In this document: positions 11,011 to 20,610 of the stretch, piece after piece
Layout of the letters: each line of letters opens with the position of its first letter
Numbering within the stretch: the first letter of the stretch is position 1
Assembly: GCA_045863395.1 (NCBI GenBank)
Contig: BTVJ01000066.1
Location: 1 to 40,133 of the forward strand
DNA: 40,133 nucleotides
Source of the DNA: Myxococcales bacterium
GTDB lineage: Bacteria; Myxococcota_A; UBA9042; JABWCM01; BTVJ01
Direction: 5' to 3'
Translations under genes and position numbers: made by a program
The notes under the pieces: model-generated
Seen by the model: only the letters and a program-made list of their open reading frames with translations
The model's database searches: none
What the model was told of the DNA's origin: nothing

Positions 11011-11400
11011 TCAGTCGAGCTCGCCGATGTACTCCTCATACTCCGCGGCGCTCATGAGCTTGTTGAGCTCACGGGGGTCGCTCATCTCCACCTTGATGAA
11101 CCAGCCCTCGTCCCACGGGTCCTCGTTGACGATCTCGGGGCTGTCCACCAGGGCCTCGTTGACCTCCACCACCGTCCCGCTGGCGGGGGCGAAGAGGTCC
11201 GAGACGGACTTCGTCGACTCCACGAAGCCGAAGGTCTCGTCCTTCGTGACCTCGTCGCCCTCCTTGGGCAGCTCCACGTAGACGATGTCTCCGAGCTTCT
11301 CGGCGGCGTACTCGGTCACTCCCACGACGATGATCCCATCCCCCTCGGGGCGGGCCCACTCGTGCTCCTTGGTGTAGCGGCAGTCCTTCGGCATGCTCAT
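11011..11400 (-). CDS. gcvH: Glycine cleavage system H protein
   Basis: YTKEHEW, LGDIVYVELP, lipoyl-lysine motif VESTKSVSD, VNEDPW.EGW; AAGGAG RBS. Confidence 0.97.
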   Translation of the reverse strand: MSMPKDCRYTKEHEWARPEGDGIIVVGVTEYAAEKLGDIVYVELPKEGDEVTKDETFGFVESTKSVSDLFAPASGTVVEVNEALVDSPEIVNEDPWDEGWFIKVEMSDPRELNKLMSAAEYEEYIGELD

Positions 11401-11429
11401 GGGGCGGCTCCTTGGGGGTTCAGGGACTC

Positions 11430-12517
<1,088 letters not shown>

Positions 12518-12521
<4 letters not shown>

Positions 12522-13378
12522 GGGTGTCGCTCCTGTGCCCGCCGCTCGGCGGACCAGACGGTGTTGGACATGAGCATGGCGATGGTCATGGGGCCCACGC
12601 CCCCGGGTACGGGCGTGATGCTGCCCGCCACCGCGAAGGCCTCGTCGAAGGCCACGTCCCCCACCAGCTTGCCCGACTCGTCGCGGTTGATGCCCACGTC
12701 GATGACCGCCGCGCCGGGCTTGATCCAGTCGCCGCGCACCATCTGCGCCTTGCCGACGGCCGCCACTACGATGTCCCCCTGGCGGACGACCGCCGGCAGG
12801 TCTCGGGTGCGGGAGTGGCAGATGGTCACCGTGCAGTGGCGGGCGAGCAGCAGGTGCGCTACGGGCTTTCCGACGATGTTGCTGCGCCCGATGACCACGG
12901 CGTGCTGCCCCTTGAAGGGGACCCCGGTGCGCTCCAGGAGCTCGACGACGCCCACGGCCGTGCAGGCGACGAAGGCCGGCGCGCCCGTCACGAGGAGCCC
13001 CACGTTGGTGGGGTGGAAGCCGTCCACGTCCTTGTGGGGGTCGATGCGCTCCAGCACCCGGGCCGAGTCGACGTGGGGGGGAAGCGGCATCTGGACGAGG
13101 ATGCCGTCGACGGTCGGATCGGCGTTGAGGCGGTCGACCAGCGCCAGCAGGGCGCCTTCGCTGGTGTCCGCCGGCAGGTCGTGAGGGATGCTTCGGATGC
13201 CGAGCGACTCACACGTCTTGCGCTTGTTGCGCACGTAGACCTGGGACGCCGGGTCCTGCCCGACGAGCACGACGGCGAGCGCCGGCGTGACGCCCAGGTC
13301 CGCCAGCGCCGCGATGCGGCTGCGCAGCTCCTCCTTGATGTCCGTGGCAATCTTCTTGCCGTCGATGAGCGTCGCCAA
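12518..13378 (-). CDS. folD: Bifunctional methylenetetrahydrofolate dehydrogenase/cyclohydrolase
   Basis: [41 protein letters not shown] start with GGAGG; overlaps the gcvT start. Confidence 0.97.
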
Positions 13379-13435
13379 GCGGCACCTCCCGCCCCCGGGT
13401 CATCCCTCTCAGGCGGGGCGCCGGGCTGCTGCGCT

Positions 13436-13467
13436 GCGTGTTAGCACGCGCTCTCGGGCTACGTCAA
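13436..13467 (-). promoter_or_regulatory. Promoter candidate for the folD-gcv operon
   Basis: On the minus strand, TTGACG-18 nt-TAACAC with a TGn extended -10. Confidence 0.35.
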
Positions 13468-13518
13468 GGCGCTTGGGCGCATCGGAAAGTGGCGAAGTTT
13501 CGGGCCCCTTTCCTCTGA

Positions 13519-14511
13519 TCAATGGACCAGGTCGTCCTTCTTCGGGAGGAGGTCCGGGGGAGGGCGGTCGGGGAGCACCAGCGGGGTAGGGGGCCAGGGC
13601 TCGTCGTCCTCGTCGGCCAGGCGGTCCTCGATGGCCATCCGCTGCAACTTCAGGCGCTTGCGGCGCCGCAGCCGCCACCAGGCGTAGACGATGATCAGGG
13701 CGCCGGCCACCCAGAGCAGGTCCGTGGTCGAGAGGAGGGCCAGCCAGCCGCTCGAGTCCCTGAGGCCCTCGAAGAAGGCCGCCTCCAGGGGAGCGACGGG
13801 GGAGCCGAACGTGGCCTCGAAGGCGACAGGGAAGGGCGAGCCCCCCCGCACCCGGGCGAGCAGGTCCCCGAGCCGGGCGTCGAAGGCGTGGTGGCGCTGC
13901 AGATAGCGCAGGAACAGGACGGACTCGGCGTAGGCGAGGCGCGCAGCGGCGTCCTCGGCAGGAAACCCGCGCTCCAGGTCCGCCAGCGGGATGAGGCGCC
14001 CGGACAGGGCCGCGCCCGCCGCCGCCTCCAGGCGCCCGGCCACGGTCTCGCCCGCCAGGAGGATGGCGAGCCCCTCGTCGAGCCACCGCGGCATGAACCG
14101 GTCGCCCGCCGCGCGGTAGAGGGCCACGTGGGCGATCTCGTGGCGGAAGATCTCGGGAAGGCTGAAGAACTGGTCGGGGGCCGTGGAGAGGATGATCAGC
14201 CCCTGCGCCGGGTAGGCCGTGCCGGCGACCCAGGTGTCGAGGCCCTTCGACGGCTGTGCCGCGAAGAAGTCCTCCCGGTTCGAGGCCACGTTCACCTCGA
14301 AGGGCGGGCCCGCCGTCACCACGTCCAGAGCGCCGAGCCGCCGGCCGATCTGCTCCAGCGTGCGGTCGGCGCGCTCCATGAGGGGCTCCACGGCACCCCG
14401 CGCCCCGTCGGGGAACACGAACACGAAGTGGCGCGTGCGCTCGGTGGCGTTCTGCGCCACGGCGGACACTGGGAGGGCGAGCGCGAGCAGGAGGACCAGC
14501 AGGCGAATCAT
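13519..14511 (-). CDS. Secreted/membrane-anchored peptidase MA-like (gluzincin) metallohydrolase
   Basis: Signal peptide, HEIAH followed by PRWLDEGLA, AYAES motif, C-terminal TM with basic tail; overlaps the stop of the TonB gene. Confidence 0.8.
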   Translation of the reverse strand: MIRLLVLLLALALPVSAVAQNATERTRHFVFVFPDGARGAVEPLMERADRTLEQIGRRLGALDVVTAGPPFEVNVASNREDFFAAQPSKGLDTWVAGTAYPAQGLIILSTAPDQFFSLPEIFRHEIAHVALYRAAGDRFMPRWLDEGLAILLAGETVAGRLEAAAGAALSGRLIPLADLERGFPAEDAAARLAYAESVLFLRYLQRHHAFDARLGDLLARVRGGSPFPVAFEATFGSPVAPLEAAFFEGLRDSSGWLALLSTTDLLWVAGALIIVYAWWRLRRRKRLKLQRMAIEDRLADEDDEPWPPTPLVLPDRPPPDLLPKKDDLVH

Positions 14512-15518
14512 AGGCGCTTCCAGAACCAGCGCTGCCGCCCGGTCGAGATCTCGAACAGGAAGCCGAACTGGAAGGTGATCTGACCGGACGGATCGAGCAG
14601 CCCGACCGGGGGGTTGGGGAACGGAGAGGCGGCCTGGAAGGCCCGGCGCGCCTCCTCGTCGAGGAAGTCGGCGCCGCTGTCCTTGACCGTCACCATGCGC
14701 TGGAGGGCGCCCCGGTCGTCCAGCGTGACCGTGAGCACGGTCAGGCGGTCCTGGACGCCGTAGACCCGCCCGTGGGGGTCACGGCGCCGGTAGACGTCCT
14801 GCGGGTGCCAGTGCTCGCGCACGCGGTCCTTCACGCGGTTGAAGAAGTCCCAGTAGCGGAACTTGCGGCTGTTGAGGCTGGTCTCGGAGCCCTCCTCGAC
14901 GTCCATGAGGGCGTCGTCGGAGCGGGTCTCTCCGGCGAGGGCCTGGAGGTTCGCCAGGGCGTTCTCGCGGCTCGTGCCCGGCAGGAGCAGGCGTCGCTCC
15001 TTGCCCGGGTCCTTCTGCTCGTCCGAGGAGCGCTCGCCCACCTCGGTGGGCTTCGAGGGGTCCCGGGGCTCGGGGAGCTCCATCTCCTGCTGCGCGTCCG
15101 GGGACTGGGTGGGGTCCGGGCTCGTCGCGCGCTCACTCTGGACCTGCGACGGCTCCTTGACGCGCGCCTTCCCCGCCTTGCTCTGCTTGGACTTCGGGCT
15201 CGGGGGAGCCTTGGTCTCCTTCTCCGTGCGGGTGTCCACCTTGTTGAGGAACTTCGCCTCCTCGGGGGGCTTCACGGGCTCGGGCGGCTCGGGCAGGTCC
15301 ACCACCTGGCCGTCCAGGGGGTCGGGGGGCTCCGGGGGCTTCACGGCGGCCAGCTCGGCCAGCTCGACGGTCATCTCTTTCGGGGCAGGCACCGCGGGGC
15401 CGAGCCCGCCGCCCGTCGCCTGCTCCCGCAGGAACTCGACCAGCAGGAGCTGCGCCGCCGTGGCCACGACGAGCGACGCGAGGAACACCAGTCGCCTGTC
15501 GGTGGAGGGTCTGCGCAT
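14508..15518 (-). CDS. TonB family energy transducer (TM, Pro/Lys-rich linker, TonB-C domain)
   Basis: N-terminal TM, long P/K/E-rich linker, C-terminal YWDFFNRVKDRV...SGADFLDEEARRAFQAASPFPNPP. Confidence 0.85.
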   Translation of the reverse strand: MRRPSTDRRLVFLASLVVATAAQLLLVEFLREQATGGGLGPAVPAPKEMTVELAELAAVKPPEPPDPLDGQVVDLPEPPEPVKPPEEAKFLNKVDTRTEKETKAPPSPKSKQSKAGKARVKEPSQVQSERATSPDPTQSPDAQQEMELPEPRDPSKPTEVGERSSDEQKDPGKERRLLLPGTSRENALANLQALAGETRSDDALMDVEEGSETSLNSRKFRYWDFFNRVKDRVREHWHPQDVYRRRDPHGRVYGVQDRLTVLTVTLDDRGALQRMVTVKDSGADFLDEEARRAFQAASPFPNPPVGLLDPSGQITFQFGFLFEISTGRQRWFWKRL

Positions 15519-15526
15519 GGTGACCA

Positions 15527-15554
15527 AGTATAGGGTGCGCCGGATCCGGGTCAA
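15527..15554 (-). promoter_or_regulatory. sigma70-like promoter for the TonB gene (probably leaderless)
   Basis: TTGACC-16 nt-TATACT, then 8 nt to the ATG at 15518; no SD. Confidence 0.55.
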
Positions 15555-15653
15555 CGCGGCCGACGGTGGAACAACCAACCGCCGGCATTCATGCCAGCTT
15601 GACCCCTCGCGCCCCCTATGGGCATGATGGGCCGTCGTCGCTGCGGCGACGCC

Positions 15654-15748
15654 GGAGGCGCATCCGTCCTGGTGGGCGGCCCGGTCTTCAAAACCGTTGT
15701 GGGGCGTCGAGAGGCGTCCCGGGCGGGTTCGATTCCCGTGCGCTTCCG
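15654..15748 (+). tRNA. selC: tRNA-Sec (anticodon UCA)
   Basis: 8-bp acceptor stem GGAGGCGC/GCGCTTCC with discriminator G; 6-bp D stem CCGTCC/GGGCGG with 4-nt loop; anticodon loop CTTCAAA (TCA at 15688-15690); long variable arm closed by GAGA; 5-bp T stem with TTCGATT. This is the bacterial 8/5 tRNA-Sec fold. CCA is not fully encoded. Confidence 0.95.
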
Positions 15749-15853
15749 CCCTTGACCACCGCCCGAGGGCCTCGGGCCCTCGCGGCGGTGGCGCTCTCTC
15801 GGAGGCAGACCCGCCGTGCCCACCCGCCAGCCGTGCCCCACCACCATGCCTCC

Positions 15854-16828
15854 GTGACCGTCGCCGCCGAGAGCGCCCCCTCCCCGCCCTGGGAGGACCG
15901 GCTCGTCGTCGAGCGCAACTACGAGGGGTGGCGCCTCGACCGCTGGCTCGCGCAGAAGCTGCGGCGCGCGTCCCGGTCGCAGGCGGCGCGCATCGTGCGG
16001 GAGGGCGCGCGCTTCGCCGACGGGCGGCCCGCCAAGGCCGGCGCGCGGCTGCGGGCCGGGGACGTGCTGGTCCTGCCACGAACCGAGCGGGCCGACCCGG
16101 GCGCCCCCCCGCTGGACGCGCTCCGGGTGCTCGCGCGGGGGGACGGCTGGGTGGCGCTGGACAAGCCGGCGGGGATGCTCGTGCATCGCACGGCCGCAGA
16201 GGGCACCCGCACGGTGGATGCGTGGCTGACTGCGACCTTTCGCGGCGAGCGCGTGGAGCCGGTGCACCGCCTGGACCGGGACACGTCCGGGATCCTGGTC
16301 GCCGGGGTCGGTCTGCAGGCGATCCGGGCGCTGAAGGCGCTGCTAGCAGGGCGAGAGGTGCACAAGACCTACCTTGCCGTGGTCGCTGACCCGGGCCGTC
16401 TCTGGGAGCCCGGGGTGGAGCGCACCGTGGACGTCGGCCTGGGCTTCGACGAGCACAGCGCCGTGCGGCTACGGGTCGGGCGCGGCTCCTGGGAGTGCGC
16501 GACGCACTTCACTTGCCGCTCCCGCTCGGGCTCACTGGCGCTCCTGACCGCGCGCCTGGACGGTGGGCGCCAGCACCAGATCCGCGCACACCTGACCATG
16601 GCGGGGACGCCCCTGCTGGGAGACAAGCTCTACGAGGCGGGCGACGACTTCTTTCTCGAATGGATCGAGCGCCCGGGGGACCCGGAGCTCGTCGCGCGGC
16701 TCCCGACGCGGTGGCACTGCCTCCACGCGTGGCGGCTCTCGTTCCCGTGGTGCGGGGACATGGTCGCGCTGGAGGCGCCACCTGGGAGCCCGTTCGACCT
16801 CTCCGCCGCGGGAGCCTCCGATGCCTGA
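15854..16828 (+). CDS. RluA family pseudouridine synthase with S4-like N-terminus
   Basis: RLDRWL S4 start, LDKPAGMLVH, catalytic HRLDRDTSG, GRQHQIRAH, PLLGDKLY, LHA; start codon uncertain. Confidence 0.9.
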   Translation: MTVAAESAPSPPWEDRLVVERNYEGWRLDRWLAQKLRRASRSQAARIVREGARFADGRPAKAGARLRAGDVLVLPRTERADPGAPPLDALRVLARGDGWVALDKPAGMLVHRTAAEGTRTVDAWLTATFRGERVEPVHRLDRDTSGILVAGVGLQAIRALKALLAGREVHKTYLAVVADPGRLWEPGVERTVDVGLGFDEHSAVRLRVGRGSWECATHFTCRSRSGSLALLTARLDGGRQHQIRAHLTMAGTPLLGDKLYEAGDDFFLEWIERPGDPELVARLPTRWHCLHAWRLSFPWCGDMVALEAPPGSPFDLSAAGASDA

Positions 16829-17762
16829 GCGCCTGTCTCCCCTGCTCCTCGCCGTAGTCGCGGCCTGCGCGACCGCGCGGCCGGATCCCGCCTGCCCGGA
16901 TGCCGGCGCCCCCTATGGCGCTCCCGCACTGGCCAAGGGGGACATCCTCCATGTGGCGACGGGGAGGCGCATGACCGTGGACGAGGCGCTCGACTGGCTC
17001 GCGTCGTTCCCCGTCGTCTACGTGGGCGAGAGCCACGACAGCGCCGATGATCACGCGGTGCAGCTCCGGGTGCTGGGCGGGCTCATGGCCAGGGGCCAGG
17101 GGCCCGTGGCGCTTGGAATCGAGATGCTGCCCCGGACCCGGCAAGCCGACCTCGACGCATGGCTCGGTGGTCGCATGGACGACGCCGCGTTCGAGGCCGT
17201 CTGGCGTGAGAGCTTCGGCGACACCTGGGTCTACTACCGGGACCTGCTCGCCGTCGCGAAGGCCCATGGGCTGCGCGTGATCGCGCTCAACGCCGAGCGG
17301 CCGCTGGTGAAGGCCGTCCGCCAGGCGCCGGTGAGTGAGCTGGCGCCCGAGATCGCCGCGTCCGTGCCCGAGCTGGATCTGGACGACCCGTGGCACCGTG
17401 CGCTCCTCGAAGCCTACTTCGCCGGGCACGTGGACGCCGGCTCCCTGGAGGGGTTCTATCGGGCGCAGGTCCTCTGGGACGAGACCATGGCGGACACGGC
17501 GGCCCGCTTCCTGGCCGGCAAGGGGTCCCGCCTGCTGATCCTCGCTGGCGGCATGCACGTGCGGTGGGGCGTCGGCATCCCGCGGCGCCTGTTCCGGCGC
17601 GTTCCCGTGCCCTACGCCATCGTGGAGCCCTACCCGGTGGAGATCTCGGAGGAGCGCAAGGCGCAGCTCATGGACGTGACGCTGCCGGCGATGCCCATGC
17701 GTGCCGCGGACTTGCTGTGGGCCGTGGGATACAGCGGGCTGCCCGAGCCCGCTGCGCCGTAG
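16821..17762 (+). CDS. ChaN/PhuW-like lipoprotein (putative haem/iron-regulated)
   Basis: Lipobox VAA-C, VVYVGESHD..DH..QL, GIEM, AQVLWDETMA, LAGGMHV motifs. Confidence 0.82.
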   Translation: MPERLSPLLLAVVAACATARPDPACPDAGAPYGAPALAKGDILHVATGRRMTVDEALDWLASFPVVYVGESHDSADDHAVQLRVLGGLMARGQGPVALGIEMLPRTRQADLDAWLGGRMDDAAFEAVWRESFGDTWVYYRDLLAVAKAHGLRVIALNAERPLVKAVRQAPVSELAPEIAASVPELDLDDPWHRALLEAYFAGHVDAGSLEGFYRAQVLWDETMADTAARFLAGKGSRLLILAGGMHVRWGVGIPRRLFRRVPVPYAIVEPYPVEISEERKAQLMDVTLPAMPMRAADLLWAVGYSGLPEPAAP

Positions 17763-17764
17763 GT

Positions 17765-18985
17765 CTACGGCGTGCCTGGACCCAGCGCCTGGTGTGCGGC
17801 GTCCAGGGCGGCCAGCTCGTCGAGCAGCGCCTGCCCCGCCGCGGTCGGCCGCGCGTGCTCCAGCAGGGTGGTCATGCCGCTGTGGTTGCCTGCGATGATG
17901 CGCCGCCACCGATCCCGGAAGCCGGCGCTACGCGACAGGGGGTGTCCTGACGCCTCCAGGAGCCGGTAGAGCTCGGCGACGGGAAGGAACGCGTGCACGG
18001 CGAGGAGCACGCCCCAGAGGGGGCGGGGGTCGGGCCGGACGGGAGAGGCATAGAGGGGCCAGAAGGCGTTCTCCAGCACCGGGTCCAGGTGGACCAGGGC
18101 GTTGACCTTGTTGTGCTGGAACTCGTGGATCAGCGCCTCCACCATGGTCATGCGCTGGGGGTGGAGCGTCAGGTAGATGGTCCCGATGGCCTCCTTGAAG
18201 GACGCCGACAGGTGCCGCTCCGCGTCCCACCCCACGGGGACGAGCTGCTGGACCACCACGTCCATCTCTGCCCGCAGGGCTGGCATCGCGTCGGCGACGA
18301 CCTCCAGGGCGGCCCGGAGCGCCTCGGTCCACTCGGAGGCCGGGTGCCCGCCCAGGTCGACCCGGTTTCCGTCCTTGTCCGGGTGGGCCTCGTTCAGGGC
18401 GAGGGGGCTCGCGTCCGTGAGCGCCAGCGCCATGCCCGGCGCGACGAGCGGGAAGGGCGCCGTCACGGTCACTCCGGGGACCGTGGTGGGGGCCGCGAGG
18501 TCCAGGCGCTCCAACCGACCGCCGGCGAGCAGCAGGGTCACGGCCCCCGGCTCGAAGCGCGCACCCGTGCAGCCTGGGACGGCGACGTGCAGGTTCCCGG
18601 GCACCGACCACAGGGCGTCGAGGGGCAGAGGCCAGGGAACACCATGGGGAAGGCGCCCCGTGCGGGCGAGCTCCAGGAGCAGGGCGGGGAGCAGCGCGCG
18701 GATGTGGCCCGAGGCGCGCCCGGCGTCGCCCTCCCGCGCGGCGTCGTCGGCGCAGTGGACGAGCACGGAGATTGACGGCGGACGGAGCAGCCGCAGCAGG
18801 TCCCCCGGCGACCGCTCGCCCAGCGAGCGCAGCAGTGTGGCGACCGCCCCGTGGCACCCACGGAGGGCGGGGTCCGGCGCCGAGACGGGCAGGCGCAGCA
18901 GCACCTTCGCCGTGTGGCGGAGCTGCCGCCCGAGCAGCGCCCTGACCTCGGCAGCGTCATCCGTGGCTGGCAGGGTGAGCCCCAT
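17765..18985 (-). CDS. HExxH-motif putative peptide-modification protein (aKG-HExxH type)
   Basis: HLSASF..AIGTIYL, EALIHEFQHNKV, YASPVRPDPRPLWGVLLAVHAF: the signature of HExxH domain proteins from RiPP loci. Confidence 0.85.
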   Translation of the reverse strand: MGLTLPATDDAAEVRALLGRQLRHTAKVLLRLPVSAPDPALRGCHGAVATLLRSLGERSPGDLLRLLRPPSISVLVHCADDAAREGDAGRASGHIRALLPALLLELARTGRLPHGVPWPLPLDALWSVPGNLHVAVPGCTGARFEPGAVTLLLAGGRLERLDLAAPTTVPGVTVTAPFPLVAPGMALALTDASPLALNEAHPDKDGNRVDLGGHPASEWTEALRAALEVVADAMPALRAEMDVVVQQLVPVGWDAERHLSASFKEAIGTIYLTLHPQRMTMVEALIHEFQHNKVNALVHLDPVLENAFWPLYASPVRPDPRPLWGVLLAVHAFLPVAELYRLLEASGHPLSRSAGFRDRWRRIIAGNHSGMTTLLEHARPTAAGQALLDELAALDAAHQALGPGTP

Positions 18986-19034
18986 GGGCGTGCAGCGTAG
19001 CGAGGGCGGGGGCGCGTGGAAAGCGCGCCGCGAG

Positions 19035-19063
19035 TTGACAGCGCTCAGGCGCAGGACTAGGTT
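19035..19063 (+). promoter_or_regulatory. sigma70-like promoter for the FmdB gene
   Basis: TTGACA-17 nt-TAGGTT. Confidence 0.6.
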
Positions 19064-19142
19064 TTGCCGGCTCGGCGGAGCTGAACTGAAAAACGCAAGT
19101 GATTTCGCCCAACTTCGTGCCTGTTGCGGCCAGGAGGACCCC

Positions 19143-19460
19143 ATGCCCATCTACGAGTATCACTGCAACGCCTGCGACACGGACTTCGAGGCCTGGCAGA
19201 AGATCACGGAGACCAGCTCAGACTGCGAGGCGTGCGGCTCGTCCGACACGCGACGCAAGGTGTCGGCGACGTCCTTCGTCCTGAAGGGCTCGGGCTGGTA
19301 CAAGACGGACTATGCATCCACGCCCGCGAAGCCCGTTGGCGAGAAGTCCGGGAGCGCGGAGTCCCCGGCGAGCAGCCCCGAGAAGACCGACAAGGCAGAG
19401 AAGTCCGAGGCGCCGGCCAAGACCGAGGCCCCAGCCCCGAAGGCAGCCGCGGCGTCCTGA
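19143..19460 (+). CDS. FmdB family zinc-ribbon protein
   Basis: MPIYEYHCNAC...CEACGS...FVLKGSGWYKTDY followed by a low-complexity K/A/E/P tail; AGGAGG RBS. Confidence 0.92.
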   Translation: MPIYEYHCNACDTDFEAWQKITETSSDCEACGSSDTRRKVSATSFVLKGSGWYKTDYASTPAKPVGEKSGSAESPASSPEKTDKAEKSEAPAKTEAPAPKAAAAS

Positions 19461-19550
19461 CCGCGCCTCAGGGCGCGCCGGCGAACAACCGGCGCGGCAC
19501 CCCAACACTGCCGCCCGCCTCGACCCCATCAGTGCAGAGCGCGCGTCCTC

Positions 19551-20477
19551 TCAGCTCACCACGTCCGCGTTGGCCTGGTCGAGCCGCTTCGTCCAGATGA
19601 GCATGCCGATCATGTAGAGGTTGACCGGCACGGTCACCAGCACCACGTACCACCAGATGGCGTAGGGGGTCACGCTGGCGATGGCGCCGGCCAGGGCCAA
19701 GGCCGCCATGTGGGTCGTAGGCCCGAGGAAGGACCACATGCGCAGGTTGCGCTCGTAGACGGCGTGGATGCGGTGTGCCTGCGCCGAGCCGGGGGCGAAG
19801 CGGCGAGGGGCCGGCTTGTGCTCGTTGAGCGAAGCCTGGAAGACGCAGTAGCGCCAGTACCCCCACAGCAGGACACGGTCCACGGCGTGGGTGGCCGCCC
19901 TGAGGTCGGCGAGCACCTCGTCGGGGGGGTCCATCTCGGGCTTGCAGATGCCCGTGAGCATCTGGAAGCGCCCCTTGTAGAGATCGAAGAAGGCCGCGTG
20001 CAGGGTCATGCTGGCGCCGGCGGCGGCCATGACCAGGAAAGGCACGAGGCCCTCCGCCGGCTGCCCGAGCAGGCTGACGCTGGACTTGTAGAGGAAGAGC
20101 AGGAGCCCCACGTGGACGAAGATGGCGTTGATGTAGTCCGCCATGCCGTCGAAGATGCGCCCGACCCGCGTGCCGCCGCCGCGGGCGCGGGCGAGCTGAC
20201 CATCTGCGCAATCCATCACCATGGCCAGGAGGATGCTCACCGCGCCGATGGCCATGCCGCGCGGAGAGCCGTGCGCAAAGGAGACGCAGGCGCCGGCCCC
20301 GAACAGCGTCGACGCCACCGTGAGCTGGTTGGGGGTGATGTGGGTGTTCAGCAGCGGCTGCACCACGATGGCTGCAAGGCGGCGGTTGACGTAGAAGTCG
20401 ACCAGCTCCTCGACCTGGGCCGGCTTGATCGCCGCGGAGTGGTCATAGCGGAGCTTCTCGCGCGTGTCCCGGGCCAT
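19551..20477 (-). CDS. CDP-alcohol phosphatidyltransferase family protein
   Basis: ITPNQLT and the signature DCADGQLARARGGGTRVGRIFDGMAD; GAGGAGG RBS. Confidence 0.9.
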   Translation of the reverse strand: MARDTREKLRYDHSAAIKPAQVEELVDFYVNRRLAAIVVQPLLNTHITPNQLTVASTLFGAGACVSFAHGSPRGMAIGAVSILLAMVMDCADGQLARARGGGTRVGRIFDGMADYINAIFVHVGLLLFLYKSSVSLLGQPAEGLVPFLVMAAAGASMTLHAAFFDLYKGRFQMLTGICKPEMDPPDEVLADLRAATHAVDRVLLWGYWRYCVFQASLNEHKPAPRRFAPGSAQAHRIHAVYERNLRMWSFLGPTTHMAALALAGAIASVTPYAIWWYVVLVTVPVNLYMIGMLIWTKRLDQANADVVS

Positions 20478-20610
20478 GCTGCCTCCTCACCGCGCACGCA
20501 GGGTGCGGGGCCGTGCGGCCGTCAATAGCACCGATTCCCGGAATCTCCAAGTGGAATTCGACCTCTGGTCGTGTTCGCCGTGGGGGGAGGCCCGGATAGG
20601 GCGGGGCGGC

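Noticed and set aside
13441..13467. CIRCE-like TTAGCACGC
   Set aside because: Only the left half resembles CIRCE; the right half does not match GAGTGCTAA. It is not upstream of a chaperone gene and is better explained as the folD promoter.
13379..13518. Glycine riboswitch ahead of the gcv operon
   Set aside because: The leader is short and no recognisable glycine aptamer core was seen.
14508..16828. Long N-terminal extensions of the TonB and RluA ORFs in the track
   Set aside because: They overlap each other and the tRNA-Sec; motif content starts at 15518 (minus) and about 15854 (plus).
15749..17762. Genomic island integrated at selC
   Set aside because: No integrase, no direct repeat of the tRNA 3' end, and no obvious compositional shift downstream.
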